DNA of 32,000 nucleotides from Hafnia phage yong3. The notes under the pieces were generated by a model. That model worked only from the letters and a program-made list of their open reading frames with translations. It was not told the origin of the DNA and ran no database searches. Shown piece by piece: positions 18,526-27,068 of the stretch. The position numbers were made by a program, and so were the translations under genes. The stretch lies in the sequence record OM868075.1. One strand, given 5' to 3'. Within the stretch, counting starts at the first letter, position 1. The number at the start of each line of letters is the position of its first letter.

Positions 18526-20505
18526 TTAAACGTATCCGACTTCTTCTAGATACTTTTCAGCCTTAGCTATATAGGCGTCGTAATCTATGTCGCCCGGAAG
18601 CTCGTCAGGTAAGGTCATAATAGGCTTACCCCCAGCGCTACCAGCTACACGGTTTCCACTGTTAGCATAAACCATTTCAGCGGGTTCGCTAGTGCTATAG
18701 TACCAGCGTACAACCTTACCCAGAAACTCACCGTCCCACACTGCACCGCCTTTAACCGCTCGAAGTATTACAAACTTACGGATGTCGGTACAGGCGCGAA
18801 TGGTGCGGCTTACAGGCGTCCCATTAGCTAAGCATTCGCACACAGCTTCCATGATAATTTCACCTGTGCAGTTCTTCTGAAGTCCTGTCTCTGCGAACCA
18901 GCCTTTACGCTTAACTTCAACTTTACCGTTTTCATCAGGCTCTTTGACTGCCACGTAGTTGTTCACGTTAGCGCTGTAAAGACCTGCATAGTAAGTCGAT
19001 TCCATTTCAAAGTTAGTTACAGACTCCCACCACTTAATCATTGCGTCGACAAAGCCTTCTTGCTCTTCATCATATTTAACCACAATACCATCAGTGTTAG
19101 CTGAAATAACTTCAATGCCGTTAAGCTCAAACGCTTCAATTAACATTAACAGCGAAAGCTGTCCGGTGATTGTTACCTGTATCAATAACTTAGGTGCATA
19201 TAGCACAGACCACATAGAACCCAGCTTACCGAACGATCCGTTGATTACGATCTTCAGCGTGTTAGCGGTCTTCTTATCCCCTGCACGCTTAGCCGCGATA
19301 CGACGGTCAACTATGCGCTGGTATACTTGCAAGAACGCTTCGCCCAACTGCTCAGGGTATAAACGTTCGTTTAGGATAATGCTAGGGTAGTAAGACGTTA
19401 CGTCAATGTCCCGCTTCTTCTGCCCCTGCTTAGGCGGGTGCGCTGCGCATTCCTCAGAGCTGTGCAAGCCCCCGATCCCCATGCGGTAAACACCCTTACC
19501 AATCTTAATTTCAAGACCTGTCAAAGCAGGTGGCAGACCTATGGAACCGTTATCACTTACTACGAACTTACATCCCCGAACAATGTCCAAGACGCTTTGC
19601 ATTAGCGGCGTTCTAAACTGTATGAAATGCGGAATGTCATAATTGTAAAGCGTTCCAGGCTCAACGTATGGGCGCTTAGGATGTTGCCCCGTTAACGCTT
19701 TAATTTCATGCTTAATTACGTCTTCCGCGATCTGTGCATCGGAACGTGAGCGCAAGTCCAGCCCGTATTCCTCACCCAGTATTTCACGTAGATGAATTTG
19801 TTCGCTTAATGCGTCATAGTTTTCTTTGGTCTGAACCAAGTCGTTGATACAGTACCAGCGGGTAATAAGCATCTGCTCAGGTGATAAGAATGTTCCGGGC
19901 TTAAATGGCAAGTCCTGAAGCATCTTAGTATGACCGCGACCGCCGTATTGCTTCAAGCCACCTGATCCGGGCAGAACCTCCATTATATCAATGTGGTTAA
20001 GGTACATACGTTTCAGCTTATAGCTTTTCAAGACATCCGAAGGGCGCCAGTCTTCTTCGATAATCTTTTTAGTTGCATCATAAAGCTGTGCAGTATTACA
20101 GCCCGCAATAGCTAGCGTAATGATCGGCTGGTCATACCCTAAGCCGTTAAAGCTAACTATTTTAAAGTTAGTCATTAGCCAGTTAAGAAGCAAAGTATTC
20201 AGCGGTTGCCCGTGATACATTTCGGTGTAAATGACTTTACCGGAAGTAACCCCACGGAAAGCGCACAGGAAATAGTTAGGGTAACATTCCACGTCGAATA
20301 CTAAAGGCTCTTGATAAATGCACGCATTGATAAGTTCTTCCTGTGTGTACAGGTTGAAGTTAAAAGCGCGTGCGTCTTCAAGATGCGGTAAGTAATCAGG
20401 GCGCTCCCAAGTGCGTTCCGGCGGTAAGCGTTTAACCTTTTCTTTCTTAACCTTTGGAGGTGGTGGCAAGTCCTCCCAGAAAAAGCCAATAGCGTCAGCT
20501 CGCAT
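18526..20505 (-). CDS. DNA polymerase, family B-like
   Basis: ExoI-like 'VFDVECYPNYFL', motif A 'DVTSYYPSIILNERLYP', motif B 'KTANTLKIVINGSFGKLG', motif C-like 'VISANTDGIVVKY'. Confidence 0.85.
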   Translation of the reverse strand: MRADAIGFFWEDLPPPPKVKKEKVKRLPPERTWERPDYLPHLEDARAFNFNLYTQEELINACIYQEPLVFDVECYPNYFLCAFRGVTSGKVIYTEMYHGQPLNTLLLNWLMTNFKIVSFNGLGYDQPIITLAIAGCNTAQLYDATKKIIEEDWRPSDVLKSYKLKRMYLNHIDIMEVLPGSGGLKQYGGRGHTKMLQDLPFKPGTFLSPEQMLITRWYCINDLVQTKENYDALSEQIHLREILGEEYGLDLRSRSDAQIAEDVIKHEIKALTGQHPKRPYVEPGTLYNYDIPHFIQFRTPLMQSVLDIVRGCKFVVSDNGSIGLPPALTGLEIKIGKGVYRMGIGGLHSSEECAAHPPKQGQKKRDIDVTSYYPSIILNERLYPEQLGEAFLQVYQRIVDRRIAAKRAGDKKTANTLKIVINGSFGKLGSMWSVLYAPKLLIQVTITGQLSLLMLIEAFELNGIEVISANTDGIVVKYDEEQEGFVDAMIKWWESVTNFEMESTYYAGLYSANVNNYVAVKEPDENGKVEVKRKGWFAETGLQKNCTGEIIMEAVCECLANGTPVSRTIRACTDIRKFVILRAVKGGAVWDGEFLGKVVRWYYSTSEPAEMVYANSGNRVAGSAGGKPIMTLPDELPGDIDYDAYIAKAEKYLEEVGYV

Positions 20506-21461
20506 TACAATCTAACCCCCATTAAAACCCCACGCATATTTTCGCCAAAGAACGTACACGGTGCAGGATAGCGCGTCAGGTCTGCTGTGGTAGCAATACC
20601 TTTTAATTTACTAAGCATTTCAATAGCAAACACCCCTGAAATCTGGGTGTCGTTAATTGTGAACGCTGCGCCTTCTGTTGGTTCATAGTGTGTACGCATA
20701 ACACCATCTTCAATATAGACTCGCGGAGGATCTTCTTCCGCAAACGGTTTAATCTTATCTAAACCTTCAAAGATAGCTTGGTCAATTCCATACGGTTGGC
20801 TTTCAACCTCTAAAACACGGTTAACATCAGGCCAGTCCATAGCCATTAACTGTGTGCGCAACCAGCGCCCCGATGGGTAATGGAACGTCATATTGTTTTC
20901 ACAAGCTTGGATATGTGTTGGGACTTCCTTAATGCGTAAGATTTCTTTTACGGCAGCGGAAGGAATAACACAGTCCAACGGGAACGGTGAACCGAACCAG
21001 TATTGCGCAATGATTACATTGTTGGTCGCGTAAATGCTACCGTTGCTAATAAGCATCCCACAAGTCCAGCGACGGCTAGCATCGACACCCATAACAGGCT
21101 CTACTGATTTAATGCCCTGTATAAGCTGCTCGCCGTTTATTTCGTACAGCGTGCCTTCTGGGTCTACGTGTGGGGTTTCCTTGTCTGTGCAGGGTATAGC
21201 AACGCGAAAACCCCCTGCTTTAATGCTTAGCTTACCGTTGGACATTAACGTCAGCTGCACCGTGTCGTCACAGTTAGTGATGGCTTTCACCATTGGGGTC
21301 GCAAGCGGAGCGCATTCAATATCCAATGGGATTGGTGCAGCTAGAGCAATCATTCCGTTGAAGCCTTTAACCACACCATCCTTAATCAGAAAGTGGGTTA
21401 AGCCCTCAACGACTTCCTTCTTTGCTACTGCACCTTGAACGAACTTCAAAGATTCTAACAC
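20505..21461 (-). CDS. DnaN-like sliding clamp (putative)
   Basis: 318 aa, 'NGKLSIKAGGFRVAIPC', 'NGSIYATNNVIIAQYWFG', directly coupled to the polymerase gene. Confidence 0.5.
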   Translation of the reverse strand: MLESLKFVQGAVAKKEVVEGLTHFLIKDGVVKGFNGMIALAAPIPLDIECAPLATPMVKAITNCDDTVQLTLMSNGKLSIKAGGFRVAIPCTDKETPHVDPEGTLYEINGEQLIQGIKSVEPVMGVDASRRWTCGMLISNGSIYATNNVIIAQYWFGSPFPLDCVIPSAAVKEILRIKEVPTHIQACENNMTFHYPSGRWLRTQLMAMDWPDVNRVLEVESQPYGIDQAIFEGLDKIKPFAEEDPPRVYIEDGVMRTHYEPTEGAAFTINDTQISGVFAIEMLSKLKGIATTADLTRYPAPCTFFGENMRGVLMGVRL

Positions 21462-21676
21462 TCAGGAACCTCCGTCATGTTCTCCATAAAATTGTCTAAC
21501 GTTTTAGCCCAAACTTTCCCATTGGAGTCTTCATAAATAACTGTGACTTGGTAACATGGGTGATTGGAATCTACATTCGCCAACATTAAGACCCTGTAAA
21601 CATTTCCGTTATGATGCTGCCACATTGACCATATATTAGGAAGCTTTTGCATTGTTAAATCCTTCAAAGATTGCAA
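21455..21676 (-). CDS. Small hypothetical protein
   Basis: 73-aa ORF overlapping the clamp-like gene start. Confidence 0.5.
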   Translation of the reverse strand: MQSLKDLTMQKLPNIWSMWQHHNGNVYRVLMLANVDSNHPCYQVTVIYEDSNGKVWAKTLDNFMENMTEVPEC

Positions 21677-21721
21677 TACGTACAGCGCAGCAAACTACGG
21701 ACAATTTAAAATGATTAGACA

Positions 21722-21961
21722 TTACAGATCCTCTACTCTAGCTATTGTGGTTAAATCTAGACGTTCAAGCGAGTCTTTGCCTTTGCCCGCTAACATTCCG
21801 GTTTCCTTAGAGTACCATGCAAGCCCTTCTGAAGCCCACCATAGTTTAAGTTCACGCAACCATATAACGTGAGCCTTACCATTATGATCAATCATAACAC
21901 CTTTATGGGTATAGCGGCGGCGCGTGTAACTCCCTCTAATTAATTTCTGTTTACGTCGCAT
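21722..21961 (-). CDS. Small basic hypothetical protein
   Basis: 79-aa Arg/Lys-rich ORF overlapping the dpdA-like stop by 1 nt. Confidence 0.55.
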   Translation of the reverse strand: MRRKQKLIRGSYTRRRYTHKGVMIDHNGKAHVIWLRELKLWWASEGLAWYSKETGMLAGKGKDSLERLDLTTIARVEDL

Positions 21962-22884
21962 CAGAATAACTCCATAACACGGTCGCGGAATATACCGTCG
22001 TGTGAAGCGTTAATGGTTGCGGAAATTACACCGTATGCCCACAGGTTAAAAGCTGCACGGGATTCATAGATGGTGGACAACCGCTCGTAAGTGAAACCGT
22101 TATCTTCAAGATACTTATAAACTGCATCCTGCTCCAACGGGGTTAGCGTTGAAATGTGTTTTCCTTCATGGTGCCGATCTGGGGACTTATCCGAAACGCG
22201 CATCGGGGTCTGCCACTTAGGCATCATAATACTTCCAAACGCTGCCGCCTGAATCCATGATGAGGAGTCACAGCTATACCACGGATAACGTTCCATAATA
22301 GAAACCGATGTAATACCAAACGCATGAAGTTTCACTTTAGGGCGACCGCTACCGTCACATATATATTTATCCCACATACGGTCTAGCCAAATCTTTAACT
22401 GGTCTGTGGATCGTCCAACCATGCCACCGATAGTGATATAGTTGTAGTGCTTCATGTAGTATTCCAGATAGCGGAAGTCTTCACCGTAGTGAAAGCATGG
22501 TAGAGGTCTAGCTCCACGCGCTTCCATTTCTAGCTGGTTGCGGTAGGTCTGCAATGGGTCGCCGATGCCGTCCAGCACGGATGCCATAACATCACCGTCT
22601 TCTACCCGTAATATATCAATGTTGCGTTTGATATAATCGCAATACTCCGGCAAGCTAATATGTGCGCCCAATGAGTGTGCAGAGAATGCACCGGAGTCAA
22701 GGAACACTTTTGCACCGTCTGCACGCATTTCATCGACATACTTCTGACGTCCAACGTAGTGATAGGATTCCAGAATATGCGGCAGGTTGCGCGTAATGTT
22801 TTTCTCATGCTCAGACAGCTTTTCATAACGCTGCTGTCCTGGCATGTATCCGTTTGTGTAAACTGCTGCCATGAAGACGTTCAT
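21961..22884 (-). CDS. dpdA: DpdA-like DNA 7-deazaguanine transglycosylase (TGT-related)
   Basis: 307 aa; 'KVFLDSGAFSAHSLGAHISLPEYCDYIKRN', 'DVMASVLDGIGDPLQTYRN', 'YITIGGMVGRS', 'KLHAFGITSVSIMERYPWYSCDSSSWIQAAAFGSI'; neighbours are FolE, QueD, QueC and QueE. Confidence 0.8.
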   Translation of the reverse strand: MNVFMAAVYTNGYMPGQQRYEKLSEHEKNITRNLPHILESYHYVGRQKYVDEMRADGAKVFLDSGAFSAHSLGAHISLPEYCDYIKRNIDILRVEDGDVMASVLDGIGDPLQTYRNQLEMEARGARPLPCFHYGEDFRYLEYYMKHYNYITIGGMVGRSTDQLKIWLDRMWDKYICDGSGRPKVKLHAFGITSVSIMERYPWYSCDSSSWIQAAAFGSIMMPKWQTPMRVSDKSPDRHHEGKHISTLTPLEQDAVYKYLEDNGFTYERLSTIYESRAAFNLWAYGVISATINASHDGIFRDRVMELF

Positions 22885-22887
22885 TAA

Positions 22888-23097
22888 TCACTCCACGTTA
22901 TTTAATGTTACAACTTCAAATACATAGTCGACTGAATTATGTTTAACCCCACGGTACTGAGGGGTTTCTGTAAGCTCCCTCATAGCTTGTTCATATGCAT
23001 GGTGAGCATCTTTCGCTTTCAAAATACCACTGGCAGAATAAAGCTGAGTCCCAGTTTGTCTATATAAGACTCGTACAAAGAAAAAGTATTGTTTCAT
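22888..23097 (-). CDS. Small hypothetical protein
   Basis: 69-aa ORF directly upstream of the dpdA-like gene. Confidence 0.55.
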   Translation of the reverse strand: MKQYFFFVRVLYRQTGTQLYSASGILKAKDAHHAYEQAMRELTETPQYRGVKHNSVDYVFEVVTLNNVE

Positions 23098-23114
23098 ATT
23101 CCCTTCTATAAACT

Positions 23115-23151
23115 AAAAAGCCCATACCAGTATTATGACCGATATGGGCTT
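23115..23151 (-). terminator. Terminator downstream of folE (minus strand)
   Basis: Minus strand AAGCCCATA...TATGGGCTT 9-bp stem (23118-23126 / 23143-23151) followed by a T-run. Confidence 0.75.
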
Positions 23152-23169
23152 GATCTGTAAAGCTATCTA

Positions 23170-23880
23170 TTATTTACAAGCTTCGAGGAACTCCCGACGC
23201 CAAATTTCCCCCATGTCGGTTTCAACAATCCCTTGGCGGGAAGTTGCACCACGGAATGCTTTAGTAATCGTAGAGCTACCACAGCTTTGTTTCACTCCAC
23301 GGCTTTCCATGCACATATGACGAGCATCAATATAGACACATACAGCTTTCGCGTTCAGATGTTCTTCAATAGCGTCTGCAATCTGGTTAGTAAGGCGTTC
23401 TTGAACTTGCAGACGACGGGCAAAAGCGTCCACAACGCGAGAGAGCTTACTGAGGCCCACAATTTTACCGTTTGGGACGTATCCAACCACAGCACGACCA
23501 ATAATAGGAGCCATGTGATGCTCACAATGACTATATACAGGTATGTCGCGAACAATGACCATTTCATCAGAGCCTTGAGCTCCATCTTCAAACGTCTTAA
23601 ATAAGCTTTTAATATCGATATCATATCCGCTAAACCATGTCTTAAACGCCTTAGCAACGCGAACAGGGGTTTCTTTCATACCGTCGCGCAGTTTGTTACC
23701 GCCTTCAAGTTTCAGCAAAGTACGAGCAACGTTCATAACTACTTCAGGGTCTACCCCATTAGGGATTTCAATCTTTTGAGTGTGTTGCATCTCATTTTCG
23801 CCAGTGTATGGGGTTGAAATATTAATGATACCTGTTGCTGCATCTTCGTGAAAAATGTCTAATGTGATTTCGCTATTCAT
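23170..23880 (-). CDS. folE: GTP cyclohydrolase I
   Basis: 'PVYSHCEHHMAPIIGRAVVGYVPNGKIVGLSKLSRVVDAFARRLQVQERLTNQIADAI' and 'ARHMCMESRGVKQ'. Confidence 0.95.
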   Translation of the reverse strand: MNSEITLDIFHEDAATGIINISTPYTGENEMQHTQKIEIPNGVDPEVVMNVARTLLKLEGGNKLRDGMKETPVRVAKAFKTWFSGYDIDIKSLFKTFEDGAQGSDEMVIVRDIPVYSHCEHHMAPIIGRAVVGYVPNGKIVGLSKLSRVVDAFARRLQVQERLTNQIADAIEEHLNAKAVCVYIDARHMCMESRGVKQSCGSSTITKAFRGATSRQGIVETDMGEIWRREFLEACK

Positions 23881-23914
23881 GGTTTGCAGTTTCCTTGTTT
23901 ACAATGTGGTCATA

Positions 23915-24418
23915 TTACTTAACGTAAGATACGTGACATTTCGAAGTTTCTTCGATGGTGCATTCTACAAGTTGAACACCATGTTCGTCAAGCAGTTGCG
24001 GCCCAATTACTTCAACCATGTATGCAGCCAGATTTTCAGCCGTTGGGTTGAACGGTAGTTCTACCAGCGATTTAAGGAAGTCGCCCAGATCGTTACCATG
24101 CAACGTTTCATTCAGGCGATCGGAGTCTCTCAAACTGCAAATAAGAGAATCGTTTTCCCAATGCAGGAACTTATGATCCCAGTTATTTTCAAGCCACTGA
24201 CAGAGTGTAGTCTTAACCACACTAAAATCAATAACACGCCCAACATTGTCTAGATCGGTAGCATTAAACCCGTCCTTAGCGTGTTTATGGGTCTGGTTAG
24301 CTGCAACCTTAAAGTGAAACTTATAGTTATGCCCATGCAGGTGGCGACACTTACTTTCATGCCCTACAACGCGATGGCCTGCACAAATTTCATGGGAACG
24401 AATTACTGAATAGCTCAT
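23915..24418 (-). CDS. queD: 6-carboxytetrahydropterin synthase
   Basis: 'ICAGHRVVGHESKCRHLHGHNYKFHFKV', 'GRVIDFSVVK', 'NPTAENLAAYM', 'VECTIEET'. Confidence 0.95.
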   Translation of the reverse strand: MSYSVIRSHEICAGHRVVGHESKCRHLHGHNYKFHFKVAANQTHKHAKDGFNATDLDNVGRVIDFSVVKTTLCQWLENNWDHKFLHWENDSLICSLRDSDRLNETLHGNDLGDFLKSLVELPFNPTAENLAAYMVEVIGPQLLDEHGVQLVECTIEETSKCHVSYVK

Positions 24419-24750
24419 TCTTGGTGTCCTTTTGCCATTTCTAATTCAAGCGCACGCTTAGCGGACGCAATAATATCTTTCAAGTCTTCGACCATATTCT
24501 TATGGCCGCGCTCTCCAGGCTGTAAAGCTTTTTTGATCAGGTGCTGCAAAGCTGGGTTCTGCACTTCCCAAGCTGTAAGGACATCATACACGTCCACATA
24601 AACACTTGCAACATTACCATCTTGGTCTTTACCGCGAATAAGTTTGCTATACTTATTTTGATTAGCTGTCACTTGCGGATATCCCTTAATTCCCGCATTT
24701 GGTATGTGCATACTAACATCGTTAACATCTGAACCGTATTGTATAGTCAT
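24415..24750 (-). CDS. Hypothetical protein inside the 7-deazaguanine cluster
   Basis: 111-aa ORF overlapping the queD start; 'YDVLTAWEVQNPALQHLIKKALQPGERGHKNMVEDLKDIIASAKRALELE'. Confidence 0.7.
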   Translation of the reverse strand: MTIQYGSDVNDVSMHIPNAGIKGYPQVTANQNKYSKLIRGKDQDGNVASVYVDVYDVLTAWEVQNPALQHLIKKALQPGERGHKNMVEDLKDIIASAKRALELEMAKGHQE

Positions 24751-24751
24751 T

Positions 24752-25231
24752 TTAAATCCTCACTAAACGTCCACGAACTTCATAGACAGACCAAATGATA
24801 AACGATGCTACAAACTTACTCATGCTCATTGCTAACATCGCTGCTGGGTTAATGACACCTATTATAGCTAAGAACACAATGGAGTCAATTGGAACTGCAA
24901 CTAAAGAACTGATAAAGACTCGCTTATGGAAAGGTTTCTTAGTCACCGTAAACACAACATAATCCGCAAACTCACTAAGCGCAAAAGCTGCCACGGATGC
25001 CACTACAATGGTCGGATCTCCAAACACCCAGCTAAGCACACAGCCTACTATCATTGTGGGCAAGATTGCTTTTCCTACAGTGCGTTGAGCGTAGTCTCGC
25101 AATACAAAGATTGTACCAACAAAGAAGGCCATCATAGGGACGGTGCCAAGAGGTGTGTTAAGCATCGGCAGGTAACTGAAACCTAAGTTAACGAATACGA
25201 TTGCAGCCAGATATGCGAAGATAAATTTCAT
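24752..25231 (-). CDS. yhhQ: YhhQ/VUT-family queuosine-precursor transporter
   Basis: Multi-TM 159 aa; 'GTVPMMAFFVGTIFVLRDYAQRTVGKAILP', 'SEFADYVVFTVTKKPFHKRVFISSLVAVPIDSIVFL'. Confidence 0.85.
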   Translation of the reverse strand: MKFIFAYLAAIVFVNLGFSYLPMLNTPLGTVPMMAFFVGTIFVLRDYAQRTVGKAILPTMIVGCVLSWVFGDPTIVVASVAAFALSEFADYVVFTVTKKPFHKRVFISSLVAVPIDSIVFLAIIGVINPAAMLAMSMSKFVASFIIWSVYEVRGRLVRI

Positions 25232-25355
25232 GCTTTTGTTCTCCAGTTTTAACAGCGTGTATCGCTGGTTGTTGGGTTTAAAAGTTTAGTTAGGTAATTG
25301 GGTTAGGGCACCGCTAAAACACGGCAGCGGTGCGCCTGGGCAGTAATTTCAACAA
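25232..25355 (-). promoter_or_regulatory. Structured 124-nt leader between queC and yhhQ
   Basis: Contains an 8-bp/10-nt-loop hairpin (25308-25333) and a CAGCG/CGCTG hairpin (25253-25267) close to the ribosome-binding site CTGGAG; no poly-T after the large stem. Confidence 0.35.
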
Positions 25356-26072
25356 TTAGTAGTTATTATTAAACCAATCTTCATATCCTGCTTCGCGAAG
25401 CTTACAAGCTGGGCATTCACCGCAACCGTAACCCCAATCATGCAGATGTTCACGATCTCCATTGTAGCAGGTATGGCTATCTTCAATAACAGTTGTTAAG
25501 AAACCAACCTGATCCGCTAATTCAAACGTCTGTGCCTTAGTTAACCACATTAACGGTGTAATGAAGCGGATTTCTGTTTCATAGCCGACGTTTAACGCAG
25601 CTTCTAGAATTTCAATAAACGCCTGACGGCAATCAGGATAACCTGAGAAGTCAGTTTCGCACACGCCTGTAATGACGTGCTGTGCTCCAACCTTTTGCGC
25701 GTATGCGTGCGCAGTAGTTAAGAACAGCGCGTTACGGTTAGGCACAAAGCTAGCCGGAAGGTTTTCATGTTGCGGATGTGCTTCGCTACCTACAACGCCG
25801 TCGGTACTAATCAGCGAGCTATTGCCAATCTGACGCAGTGCAGGAAGATCAAATACAGCAAACGGAACATTATAGCGTTCACAAATCTTGTTAGCTTGCT
25901 CCAGCTCAACACCATGACGCTGACCGTAGCTAAAACCAATAGCGTGAACAGATTTGTAATGCTCTAATGCCCAACCTAAACAGGTAACACTGTCCTGACC
26001 GCCAGACAGGACTACAACGGCGGTTTTATCGGATACGTTCATATTCATTAAATCTGAGATTTTATCAGTCAT
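25356..26072 (-). CDS. queC: 7-cyano-7-deazaguanine (preQ0) synthase
   Basis: 'AVVLSGGQDSVTCLGWAL' PP-loop, 'THAYAQKVGAQHVITGVCETDFSGYPDCRQAFI', 'GYGCGECPACKLREAGYEDW' Zn site; no fused GAT domain. Confidence 0.95.
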   Translation of the reverse strand: MTDKISDLMNMNVSDKTAVVVLSGGQDSVTCLGWALEHYKSVHAIGFSYGQRHGVELEQANKICERYNVPFAVFDLPALRQIGNSSLISTDGVVGSEAHPQHENLPASFVPNRNALFLTTAHAYAQKVGAQHVITGVCETDFSGYPDCRQAFIEILEAALNVGYETEIRFITPLMWLTKAQTFELADQVGFLTTVIEDSHTCYNGDREHLHDWGYGCGECPACKLREAGYEDWFNNNY

Positions 26073-26073
26073 T

Positions 26074-26274
26074 TCAATCTGCCTCTAGCTCTGTAGGATC
26101 TACGTATACTTTAGCGCTGATAGCTGGATAGTATCGCGCTCCAATTGTGGTTACTTCTAATAACTCCAGTTCAACAAACACCCCGTCCAATGTTGCATGA
26201 GCTACTGCTGCATTTAATTCCTCACGCAACTCCATGATCTTTTTCTGATGTTGCTTGGCAACTTCAATGTTCAT
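26074..26274 (-). CDS. Small hypothetical protein inside the 7-deazaguanine cluster
   Basis: 66-aa ORF between queE and queC, 1-nt overlap with queE stop. Confidence 0.6.
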   Translation of the reverse strand: MNIEVAKQHQKKIMELREELNAAVAHATLDGVFVELELLEVTTIGARYYPAISAKVYVDPTELEAD

Positions 26275-26993
26275 TACTCTACCCCGATATATTTATGAAC
26301 CTGTAACTGCAAAGTGTAACCGTGTTTCATACAGCTTTCAGTTACAGCTTTGATGTTAACTGCATTACGCTCGACATCTTTCTCGTCCATCGGCTGTAGG
26401 TAAATAGTACCGCCGAAGTCTGGTTCAGGTCTAGCGATAAATGGGGTTGCAGTATGATCTAATGCTTGAAGCGGGAGTCCATCCTGTTCATGAACGGAAT
26501 CTGCTTTCATAACATACTTAAATGCATCAGCATATTCATGAACGGAAGGATGTACTTTAGCAGCTTTAGGACTACATACAATCACGCATCTTTCGCCGAT
26601 ATAAGGAGGGATGAGCATGGTGCCGTTAGTTTCGATCTGAACCCTGTAACCCTGCTCATGAGCTTTGCGGATAAAAGGTTCAATAGGCTGGCGGAAGGGT
26701 TCCCCACCTGTAACCACAATCAGCTTTGTATTGCTGCCAGTCTTAATCTTTTCGCTTTCTACTAGGCGTAGTATATCCTCCGCGAAATACTTTGTACGCC
26801 CCGTAGTGTAATCGGTGTCGCAGCCCGGACATTGCAGGTTGCACCCAGCTAAGCGCACGAATACAGCGGGACGCCCGCAATATGGGCCTTCGCCTTGGAT
26901 GGTAGAGAATACGGAATGTACGTCTAGCATGTTACGGTGCTGCTCGTAAGAATTGCCAACACGTTTTTCCGGAGCTTGCATATTAACTTTCAT
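26274..26993 (-). CDS. queE: 7-carboxy-7-deazaguanine synthase (radical SAM)
   Basis: 'SVFSTIQGEGPYCGRPAVFVRLAGCNLQCPGCDTDYT' with CxxxCxxC, 'VVTGGEPFRQP', 'IETNGT'. Confidence 0.95.
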   Translation of the reverse strand: MKVNMQAPEKRVGNSYEQHRNMLDVHSVFSTIQGEGPYCGRPAVFVRLAGCNLQCPGCDTDYTTGRTKYFAEDILRLVESEKIKTGSNTKLIVVTGGEPFRQPIEPFIRKAHEQGYRVQIETNGTMLIPPYIGERCVIVCSPKAAKVHPSVHEYADAFKYVMKADSVHEQDGLPLQALDHTATPFIARPEPDFGGTIYLQPMDEKDVERNAVNIKAVTESCMKHGYTLQLQVHKYIGVE

Positions 26994-27010
26994 CTTGAAT
27001 CCTCTAGTGA

Positions 27011-27037
27011 AAAATAAAGCGCCTCGTTGGGCGCTTT
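27011..27037 (-). terminator. Terminator between the Ala/Lys-rich gene and queE (minus strand)
   Basis: AAAGCGCC (27016-27023) / GGCGCTTT (27030-27037), minus strand followed by ATTTTT. Confidence 0.8.
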
Positions 27038-27068
27038 AATTATAGTACAGATCTATGTTTGATTACAA

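Noticed and set aside
21034-21438. 134-aa plus-strand ORF
   Set aside because: Antisense to the clamp-like gene and Ser/Pro-rich without recognised motifs.
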